Below the pieces are notes generated by a model. That model worked only from the letters and a program-made list of their open reading frames with translations, did no database searches and was not told where the DNA came from. DNA of 64,000 nucleotides from Acidimicrobiia bacterium (GTDB taxonomy: Bacteria > Actinomycetota > Acidimicrobiia > UBA2766): assembly GCA_046331095.1 (NCBI GenBank), contig JAXLRM010000004.1:68316-132315 (forward strand), written 5' to 3'. A program made the translations under genes and the position numbers. Position 1 is the stretch's first letter. The number at the start of each line of letters is the position of its first letter. Positions 23,301 to 27,851 of this stretch are shown here, in pieces.

Positions 23301-24121
23301 CCCACGGTGAGGTCGGATCCGCCGAAGCCGGTCAGCCACGCGTCGATCCAGAGGGTCCCGCCCGCGGCCTCGACCGTGCCGTCGTTGCCGAACTGGCTGC
23401 CCGTGTCGCCCAGTTTCGCGGCGCCGGCGCCGGTCTTGCGGATCGTGGCACCGGCCCGGTTGGTGATCTCGGGGATCGTGCTGCCCGGGCCACGGTACGC
23501 GGTGTCGTCGCCGGAGATCGTGAAGGTGCCGGCGTTGTCGAGGTGTGGATGGCGGTCGCCGTCGGAGCGCATGACGATGTCGCCGTCGCTCCAGGTGAGC
23601 GAACCGGCGTTCCTCAGGTGGCGCCCGAGGGTCTTGGCCGCCGGTTGGGAGATCGATGCCGTAACCGTCGACGTGAGGTCCAGGGTTCCAGATCCTGCGA
23701 GTTCTCCTCCCTTCCAGGTGAAGCCGCCGGTCACCGTGAGGGTTCCGGCGCCCGTGAGCGTGCCGCCGTCGATGGTGAGGTCAGTGAAGAGCGAGTCGTC
23801 CTCGATGGCGGCGCCGATCGCGAGCGACCCTCCGCCGATGTAGAGCTTGCCGTTCACCTCAGCGGCCGAGATCGACGTCGTGCCGGTGGTGAACATCACC
23901 GTGTCGCCGCCGCCGATGCACACCACGTCGCCGGTGCCGGGCACCGTGTCGTCGGACCAGTTGAGGGCGTCGTGCCACGAGTCGGTGCCGGCACCCCTGT
24001 CCCACCACGTGTTGCAGTCGTCCACCGGACCCGCTGCGGCAGGCGTCGGGACCGGAAGACCGACAAGTGCCAAGGCGGCCGCCGCAATCAGAGCGACGGC
24101 TGTGAGCGCGCGTCTACCCAT
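11375..24121 (-). CDS. giant secreted repeat protein (4,248 aa): signal peptide, four beta-helix-like modules, two Calx-beta domains, long unassigned C-terminal region
   Basis: Uninterrupted frame from ATG 24121 (MGRRALTAVALIAAAALALVGLPVPTPAAAG, n-h-c signal peptide) to TAG 11375-11377. G/T/A/V/D-rich beta-type composition throughout. Internal repeats and Calx-beta motifs are readable. Confidence 0.9.
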   Translation of the reverse strand: MGRRALTAVALIAAAALALVGLPVPTPAAAGPVDDCNTWWDRGAGTDSWHDALNWSDDTVPGTGDVVCIGGGDTVMFTTGTTSISAAEVNGKLYIGGGSLAIGAAIEDDSLFTDLTIDGGTLTGAGTLTVTGGFTWKGGELAGSGTLDLTSTVTASISQPAAKTLGRHLRNAGSLTWSDGDIVMRSDGDRHPHLDNAGTFTISGDDTAYRGPGSTIPEITNRAGATIRKTGAGAAKLGDTGSQFGNDGTVEAAGGTLWIDAWLTGFGGSDLTVGTWRVADNATLKLLAADIVTNSADISLLGPNARFLDQDGADALRHFATNSGTLTLAGGRDLAVPGDLGNNATLKLGAGSVVTVPGDFYAGNGRLEVDVAATTPGQGHGSLTVSGTAYLGGTLAANVVAPFVPAPSDEFTIVDAAALSGPFASIEGGLFVHYDAAAGNAVLGATDPFAGCTTVYIGATSNWHDAANWSGGEIPSGDDSACIPAGVTVNHYSGSSGVNALRVDGTLVMQGGTLTIWGASSNSGTIHLGGDSEIDIHGDYTQAPSGRLEVELYGNVGGHGYGRLVVNGSANLAGTLSSTLVGGFTPGATDAFTVIDAAGIAGTFTAEGTLVPSYDSANGDVVLSLTGGGPACTVTWDGGGGNGRWDTAANWSTDALPSASDVACIPEGATVNHASGDSTVGGVNVRGTLTVSGGTLAIAGESTIAVLNVSGGVLGGAGNVTVGGQFNWTNGTVSGAGTLTVGPAATASISTGNTKYLERHLLNTGSLAWSDGNLILHSGGHLDNAATFTITSGYGAQWFDGGTAPKITNQPGATITKTATTTATLGSSGVEFTNNGTITAAEGTLKLESDVTNVSGTTLDGGTWSVADGATLRLRNANVVTNAADISLLGPGANFLDHNGADALRNLAVNDGELLLAGKNLSLGGNLTNSGALTLKSAQIALAGDFTQTGAPLAGDAGLLEIEVSGPVPGVGFGRIVASGAATVDGRIVSTLANGYTPGPADSFTVIDASSLSGTFAAVEGDLDVDYDVANGDVILGTALSSCTVSWDGSAGDGRWDTAANWSTDNLPGPSDAVCIPEGSAVEHSTGTSSVGAVTAEGAVTVSGGTLSIAGDSTIAQLAVSGGTLDGSGAVAVQDQFAWSGGALAGSGDLRLGSSATGSITNDVTLGRHLVNEGTLTWDSGATSGEIRLVETADATGHLDNLATFDIGTGETAYSASGSSAPRITNRPGATITKTTAGVSSLAANGAVFVNDGTVHANAGLLIVGGAAGSGGSGAWIADANLDFSQGTLDLTGPVTGAGTMFVTGATVGVTGSSAFTPAHITVQGGTLDLDNTPVGGNTTAALTISGGTLAIGSASRLQVGGPFTQSGTGRLEFTIAGTDPGTTHGRLDVSGAATIDGTLAATLADGYTPGAADEFVVIDAATLSGTFASVEGTLSAVYDPPNGTVTLRAGVPPVPPTVTISPQSTPEAVGTFQVQVQGIGGTVPVTVPFQVTAGTAQATLDYSTASTPATVTVNPDSSAFVAVTITADTIDEDDETFTVTAGEATAAMTIVDDDAAPMAVIDGISITEGDGGTVDAALAVRLVDPVLGLLPQESAKVVTVAASTHDGTALAGPDYVEAAGDVVFAPGETTKIFAVPIVGDEIDEDDEQFSATITAAGNVTVPEGESATVTIVDDDGPSGSGTVAEQLETGGSQLFDVLDDWGAEYDLDRNTTSPFELPGLTDELAGLYEPQDDLDRLDSPFSGLDDDLDVLCGQLEAQGVTIDWVAGGACGHPAPPTAADIIQVRYTATLADLAESLGFTGDEFNDDATGFLDGLASNLGLDADFDSSADLVVTLVVGVDTTGFYVADESGLRLDVDATTTVGGTGSVAGVAGLDVTGPVAVDVSVILAANGGPARLRAADLAAAPASYLRPAAEGTVDAHLDATLDPLALGWDSTFTLSVDPQFQTDIDIAASLEGTLTLPGLTDAANTALIDMVGAYDNGVWTLSGTGEAGHDYAWAGFGVADLAFGATLAPDRFDGSATANLDADLGAAGGAVTVGLAGSFDHTRVQTTGHVAVDELTLPIAYLGGVTLDATVDGDVATGTATGSVAVNAATVVLFPETAPPGTVPAGSARADAVTGTLDSTGNLSLHAGTVTGSIAGAIDFTISDVDLHLGPAATGPVFTAATATGALRGLDGLGVTFTDLALERDGTFGASGVEVTSAGLLQTIGLGGIVPFDVTGVSLNFPDWGNLDTFEVTVTGSVDFTAMAGLPFTPVLGIGGAAVTPSSPTEDNTFTFSIAVDSLSEGKVRPWDLGPITLGFDDLRVGDVTLGAQLTLGAYQNGAWVNDACGSLSVLGGLDDIRGEAAIDVCGSLGITPAGASLDLDGTFSLSASLGDNVSFEGAELDFGLGIAVDGQWRFTITGPTFTGAGVDRVEIAFGEFMRVVGTNVGINFAPAPGQPLVTFGGRPCEADEDPPCDGSARVEFDEDFDALAGWGGEVGNFAIGADLVPRVLPGFFFNLDVPDDEHFGLPDWLPLRIDDFGIRFPNVDLTDIPPEGIPLTDLAGFVITFSGGIEANDTWPISASVDGLEVDLGKLARGEFPITNLTGAKMGVEPFELVPGFEVGGGLELKTISVDGDPAPGEQPETVFYGRVFGQFEYEGMGAGIDLVVTQYGPILAQVLVPLAIPLDGGLLGGVMLSGVEGGLAFGGPAFPDPQRPMEILHDPAFETDFPINDDTIREKVEPAVQTGSFTWDDGFTMALSGKLTHAMAPGIVTGDVTLGMNVGLIPGRQGVKFIGSGNIAAWGMDFAGAALLMDLSEPLEPKFDFAFETPQPGNPLGFLLPAHATLEASLDTKGILPGFGLGVATFVQRAASGSLEVGQDFFDASLGALATGLQGDHERPLARLLLDTNGDGLVSGAEDGQVVTREFLTSRAIALMGGGALPADPAAAGRAARMFVADLLNTGSDLVDDFDLSAVFTHADYVAFAQQLGAGGEAIAALFGVVRDAVREAGAGFWSQFDPSFHLRGMLQPVILGIPFGEPQHEVEAIITKDGLGFGFDTSIADIGTQLCGMVIPVIGGAACELMSLGFEDHLGMTFELPIGGVIEGLFGGSGVPTIDPWSGAWAIELRGGLRWLDFEVGQMTGLVIAADNPALVDAHVQKLWEDPNASVDPNRIPIRTEQHYLDIVGHGGILLTGRLLLPELLTDPLGLLSTLNLQVPADIADMPDWVSAIADHLGRTTSPTSVQLFVPGFGDVFRYDFGAVERISPIGVGNALADAFNDISAAAYLEGVFDGTLLSVPFGRAVVTSSDQKTQVRGELPLIGLSTRFDLDVEPTLGRDGTVDLPRATATTSIDAADVDDVLARLGLPPIIGGVAGADATFRAVSPGYDPSSADPLLRKGGIELGTRLDIEGLVDDAAFRIAVTPPSGGGLPDLVGHAEVAQIGPLGGVTISDASIDVVQTDGHLGVGVDGRADILGAAARVHGTLNPDLTGSLAVTFDGGGPTLAGFDISTGFVLGLTRSGGTLVATLSFDGTVGFPSWLSAATGKGSAHATGTIASDGTIDISLDISSLSLFGFTLRDGTFRVVGNAGAVRMVVDTGMSFLGANLDVDGNLAIGSGGPTGTLTVALQSGRSLAFGPVAVRGSLSLVVGTTSASLAATGAADIPGVATGVGISGSISSAGTGNLALTASSLGIKGFNVTRLTTGNPRPPLATITRTVLATSMTVDARFNFLGSSLDVDGALVLAAAGPTGSLALTLNGSPNIPFGGWRFEGGVTMAFTPTTAAIAVNSRVDVPGIADNLALSGSLDTTLRGSLTVSAGSLRLGPPGSALSISGTFTLSRLGSPAVISFTATDVTLAWAGVTSFSVNTFSIGTDGHFDASVTAKTVTVSQFSLALPSFNLHVGANGTGIQLQVGPSSLTITNLGTLTVPGVNIDTTGEFSLTLASTHLDLRALDLDGRLIFERQGGVFRLRVTGTTRFNKPTVAIPGLATLTVDAFTISSDGTFDVAASTTRIGPDALSIRNASIRVRKTGASLSTLGVRVNGGRLYLPVGDPIDLPNFTIDGDAEWSYTFTATGINLGPALQTTNDPSFTLSLSGGVLGLSLNSPIGIDVLAGSIGMSLRTLTVASDGRFEGSVRGRLAALGYVFAQATYDVSLDNGVVRMAIPASDPVTVDLGPVDGSVSGSVYSDGTFSFDGTAAVDLTLFTVGLKGTATVRFRTDRLTGSFTGQACAGVCIDVVGGSINRNGVLRLVIAGIVYRIQLFAPPQ
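19085..19775 (-). other. two tandem Calx-beta domains inside the giant CDS
   Basis: Motifs ..TAGTAQATLDYS..VTVNPDSS..ITADTIDEDDETFTV..TIVDDD and ..HDGTALAGPDYVEAAGDVVFAPGETTKIFAVPIVGDEIDEDDEQFSA..TIVDDD match the Calx-beta pattern (G.A..G.DY..F.PGE..K...V..D...E..E.F). Confidence 0.75.
19776..24016 (-). repeat. four tandem protein-level modules inside the giant CDS
   Basis: Modules start at Cys codons 24016, 22768, 22226 and 20995 (CNTWWDRG.., CTTVYIGATSNWHDAANWS.., CTVTWDGGGGNGRWDTAANWS.., CTVSWDGSAGDGRWDTAANWS..). Each ends ..G(H/F)G(R/S)L.V.G.A...G.L...L..G(Y/F)(T/V)P...D.F.VIDA..L.G.F..(V/I)EG. Confidence 0.75.
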
Positions 24122-24290
24122 GACGATCCTCCGGGGCAGGAAGGGAACCGGCGTCGGCCTGTGAGTCGGGCTCGGGCAGTGAGGGGTCGGCCGTGCCGTC
24201 GAAGAGGCGCGCCAGCGCGCTTTGTTCGGATTGTGGTTCCTCGGCCCCTGTGTCCCCGTGCGTCCCCATGGAACCGACTCTGCACCACGC

Positions 24291-24309
24291 CACTTGCGGT
24301 TCACTTGCG
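24291..24309 (+). promoter_or_regulatory. direct repeat CACTTGCG x2 with 11-nt phasing upstream of the SARP gene (candidate SARP box)
   Basis: cacttgcg at 24291-24298 and 24302-24309. TCGACGC/TTGACGC follow at 24311 and 24323. SARPs are known to bind short direct repeats spaced about one helical turn apart. The assignment here is inference only. Confidence 0.25.
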
Positions 24310-24351
24310 ATCGACGCGATGATTGACGCTCCGACGCTGGGACCAGCTCCG

Positions 24352-27300
24352 ATGGACGTGCGGATCCTCGGGTCGCTCGAGGCGACCGTGAACGGCCGGA
24401 CGGTCGACCTCGGCTTGCGGCAGGCCCGGGTCCTCGTAGCGGCCCTCGCCCTGCAACCCAACACCCCTGTACACAACGCACGGCTGGCCGAGGCGTTGTG
24501 GCCCGCCGGCCCACCTGCGCGTTGGGAAGCCACCGTGCAGAGCCACGTGTCGCGACTGCGGCGCGCCCTGGAGCCGGACCGGCCGCCGCGGACGCCGTCG
24601 CGGCGGATCCGCACCCACGGCGACGCGTACTCCCTCCAGGTCGCCGAGGACGAGCTCGACTCTCTCCGCTTCGAGCGCCTCGCCACCGAGGGCCGCGCGG
24701 CTCTCGCCCGCGAGGACCACGCGCGCGCCGACGAGCTCCTCGGTCGGGCTCTGCACGAATGGCGCGGGCCCGTACTCGCCGACCTCGGTGACCCCAGCAT
24801 CCTCGGACCCGCCGTGGTCCGGCTCGAGGAGATGCGGCTGCTCGCAGCCGAGGAGTGTGCCGAGGCGGCGATCGCGTTGGGCGAGCATCGCCGTGCCGTA
24901 CTCGAGCTCGAGACGCTGATCGCCGCCGACCCGCTGCGAGAGCGGAGCTGGGAGCTGCTCCTGCTGTCCTTGTATCGCAGCGGCCGCCAATCCGAGGCGC
25001 TGCGCAGGTACCGGGAGGTGCGGACACTCCTGGTCGAGGAGCTGGGGGTGGAGCCCGGGCCGGCGCTGTCGGCGATCGAGGGCGCGATCCTGCGCCAGGC
25101 CGAGGAGCTGGCACCCAAGCCGGAGCTCGCGACGGCTGCCGCGGTGACGGTCGACGTGGCGCCTCCGGTGTGGCTGCAGGCGCCCGCCGACACATTCGTG
25201 GGCCGCGGAGACGAGCTCGCCTCGATCCGACGGGCCTACGAGTCGGCCGTGGGCGGTGACCGGCGGTTCGCCCTAGTGGAGGGCGAACCAGGTATCGGCA
25301 AGACCCGCCTCTTGCGCGAAGCGTGTCGCGATCTGCGCGACCGCGGGGTCCTGGTCGTGGGCGGGAGATGCGCCGAGGAACCCTTGCACGTCCTGGAGCC
25401 GTTCGCAGAGGCGGTCGAGCGCGTGGCGCTGGCACAGAGCGACCGGCTGGCACGGGATGCTCCCGGGGACGTGGCGGCGCTCGCGGGTCTGGTCCCGGAG
25501 CTCTCACGCCACGCGCCGCCGCCGCCCGCCGCAGACGCCGATGCCCACCGGTACATGCTGTTCCGGGCAGTCAGCAAACTGCTCGACTCCGGGGTACGCG
25601 AGCGACCCGTCGTGCTCGTCCTCGACGATCTGCACTGGGCGGCAGGCCCCGCGTTGAGACTGCTCTCGCATGTCGTGCGCGACGACGACAGGGGGTCCCT
25701 CCTCGTGCTCGGTGCCGCGCGTGACACCGAACCGAACCCGGGCTTGGCCGCGCTCTTGGCGGACCTCAACAGCGAGCGGCGACTCGACCGGATCAAGCTC
25801 GCCGGTCTCGGCCCCGACGAGGTCCGCACGCTGGCGTCGGCACGTGGTGCCGACGTCGCTGCCGCGAACCTGTTCTCGATGACCGAGGGCAACCCGTTCT
25901 ACGTCGAGGAGCTCGTCCGTCACGTGGCCGAGAGTGGCGGCGTGCTCGACGCGGGGACGCTGCCGGATTCGGTGCGCGACACGATCGCGCGGCGGCTGCT
26001 GCGGCTGCCCGAGAACGTGCGCCGCATCCTGGGGTTCGCGGCCGTCGCGGTCGGCGAGTTCCGCCTCGACGTCGTCGCGCTCGCAGCCGGGGTCGGAATC
26101 GAGGAAGCCGACGACGCCCTGGCGGTGGCGGTGCGCGCGGGGGCGGTTCGCGAACTGCCCGCGCGCGCGGGTGCCTACCGCTTCGCCCATGCGCTCATCC
26201 GTGCGGTACTACGCGAGGCACTCGGCGCCGCCCGCCGGGCGCGGGCGCACCGCCGCCTCGGCGAGGTCCTCGCCGACCTGGGTGGGGGCGAGAGCGAGGT
26301 CGCCCACCACCTTCTGGCGGCGGCCGAGGACAACAGCGACGTGGGTCCGGGCGTGTACGCCTCCCTCGGTGCCGCAGCGACGGCAGTCCAGCGTTTCGCG
26401 TACGACGATGCGGTCACGGTGCTGCAGACGGCTTGGGACACCTTGGGTTCCCAGACGTCGCCGGATGCGCACCTCGTGTGCCGGGTCGCGGTCGCGCTCG
26501 CAGACGCCCTGCGACGATCCGGTACCTACGAGGAGCGGGCAACGCTGCTCGAGGACGCCTGGCGTCATGCGGCAGTCACCGGCGACGCGGAGCTCGCAGC
26601 CGAGGTCGTGATCGAAGGCTGCGCCGGCACCGTCGATCCCGCCGCCGCGTGGATCACCCGTGCCGAGGCGACGGTCGACCGCCTCGATGAGACGTCACCG
26701 CGGCGCGTGCTGCTCACGGCGCTGTTGAGCTACGCGTGGTCCTCCGAGCCGGGCGACCGAGCCCGGCGCATGGCCGAGTGGGCGCTTGCCCGGGCTCCCG
26801 CGCTGGAGCCGTCCGAACGGCGAGCGGTGATGGAGTTCGCGTTCCTGGCCGTGCTGGCGTCGAGCCCGATCGAGCGCGTCGTCGACCTTGCGCGCACCGG
26901 TCTGGCCGCGGCCCGAGTCGGCGGCAGCGTGTTCGAGCTGATCGAGGCGCTCAGCGTCGTGCGCATCGCCTACTTGGCCTCCGGGGACATCGCCGCGTCC
27001 GATGAGGTCGCCCGCGAGTACGAGGACCGGGTGCGGATGGTGCGGGCGCCGCGGTTCATGGCTGGTGTCGAGCAGCGCCGCGGGATGCGGGCGTTGCTCG
27101 CCGGCAGATTCGTGGAGGCCGAAGCCCACGGCGCCGAGGCAGTCTCGCTGCAGCCGCTCCCGGAGTTCGTCGAGGGATACGCCGCCCAGATCTTCGCGCT
27201 GCGCCTCGAGCAGGGCCGCCTCGGCGAGGTACGGGATGCGGTCGAGTCATTCGCCGCCGCTGATCAGAGGCCGGCTTGGACCATCGGGTACAGCACCCTG

Positions 27301-27843
27301 CTCGCCGAGCTGGGGGAGCTCGACGCGGCCGCGGAGGTACTGCGCCCCTTCGTCGAGAGCGGCTTCGACAACGTTTCGCACGACGAGCTCTTCTTCCTCG
27401 GCCTGACCGTCGCGGCGAACACCGCGGTGCGCGTCGGCGACCGCGACGCCGCCCTGGTCCTGTACGACCTGCTCGCACCTCACGGGTCGCGGGTCGTCGT
27501 GGCGGCGCAGGGGGCGCTCTGTTGGGGTTCGATACAGCGCTTCCTCGGGCCGTTGAGCGCGCTCCTCGGGGACAGCGAGCGTGCTTCGATGCACTTCGAG
27601 GCGGCGATGTCGGTGCACGAACGACTCGGCGCGCGGCCCTTCCTGGCGCGCGACCGTCTCGCGTACGCCGACCTGCTCGGGTCGGTCGGCGGGGACCCGG
27701 TGCGCATCGGGGAGCTCACGCGGACGGGCCTTGCGCTCGCCTCCCAGCTCGGGATGAACGCGGTCCTGGAGCGGCACGCGCGGCTCGGCGGCGACGCCGC
27801 GCCTCTCGCAGAGACCGTCGCGAGTGCCGTCCTCGAGCGCTGA
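24352..27843 (+). CDS. large SARP/AfsR-family regulator (winged-helix + BTAD + P-loop NTPase + TPR-like C-terminus)
   Basis: 1,163 aa from ATG 24352 (MDVRILGSLEATVNGRTVDLG.., the usual SARP start; ATG 24319 is an alternative). BTAD segment ..LRERSWELLLLSLYRSGRQSEALRRYREVRTLLVEELGVEPGPAL. Walker A GEPGIGKTRL. Long helical-repeat tail. Confidence 0.88.
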   Translation: MDVRILGSLEATVNGRTVDLGLRQARVLVAALALQPNTPVHNARLAEALWPAGPPARWEATVQSHVSRLRRALEPDRPPRTPSRRIRTHGDAYSLQVAEDELDSLRFERLATEGRAALAREDHARADELLGRALHEWRGPVLADLGDPSILGPAVVRLEEMRLLAAEECAEAAIALGEHRRAVLELETLIAADPLRERSWELLLLSLYRSGRQSEALRRYREVRTLLVEELGVEPGPALSAIEGAILRQAEELAPKPELATAAAVTVDVAPPVWLQAPADTFVGRGDELASIRRAYESAVGGDRRFALVEGEPGIGKTRLLREACRDLRDRGVLVVGGRCAEEPLHVLEPFAEAVERVALAQSDRLARDAPGDVAALAGLVPELSRHAPPPPAADADAHRYMLFRAVSKLLDSGVRERPVVLVLDDLHWAAGPALRLLSHVVRDDDRGSLLVLGAARDTEPNPGLAALLADLNSERRLDRIKLAGLGPDEVRTLASARGADVAAANLFSMTEGNPFYVEELVRHVAESGGVLDAGTLPDSVRDTIARRLLRLPENVRRILGFAAVAVGEFRLDVVALAAGVGIEEADDALAVAVRAGAVRELPARAGAYRFAHALIRAVLREALGAARRARAHRRLGEVLADLGGGESEVAHHLLAAAEDNSDVGPGVYASLGAAATAVQRFAYDDAVTVLQTAWDTLGSQTSPDAHLVCRVAVALADALRRSGTYEERATLLEDAWRHAAVTGDAELAAEVVIEGCAGTVDPAAAWITRAEATVDRLDETSPRRVLLTALLSYAWSSEPGDRARRMAEWALARAPALEPSERRAVMEFAFLAVLASSPIERVVDLARTGLAAARVGGSVFELIEALSVVRIAYLASGDIAASDEVAREYEDRVRMVRAPRFMAGVEQRRGMRALLAGRFVEAEAHGAEAVSLQPLPEFVEGYAAQIFALRLEQGRLGEVRDAVESFAAADQRPAWTIGYSTLLAELGELDAAAEVLRPFVESGFDNVSHDELFFLGLTVAANTAVRVGDRDAALVLYDLLAPHGSRVVVAAQGALCWGSIQRFLGPLSALLGDSERASMHFEAAMSVHERLGARPFLARDRLAYADLLGSVGGDPVRIGELTRTGLALASQLGMNAVLERHARLGGDAAPLAETVASAVLER

Positions 27844-27851
27844 CGGGCCGA

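Noticed and set aside
10769-24322. Numerous 100-830-aa ORFs on both strands inside the giant gene (e.g. 10769-12898, 11172-13559, 11997-14015, 18356-20761, 19236-20900, 21842-24322)
   Set aside because: All are alternative or antisense frames of one continuous 12.7-kb ORF. They show R/P/G/S-rich shadow composition, whereas the chosen frame carries repeats, Calx-beta motifs and a signal peptide.
24122-25507. Upstream 462 codons of the 4,710-aa track ORF, which would extend the giant protein's N-terminus
   Set aside because: This part is extremely R/P/A-rich (..PRPREHPVPAGRSVPAPRARPP..) and lies antisense to the well-supported SARP gene. A textbook signal peptide begins at the internal ATG 24121.
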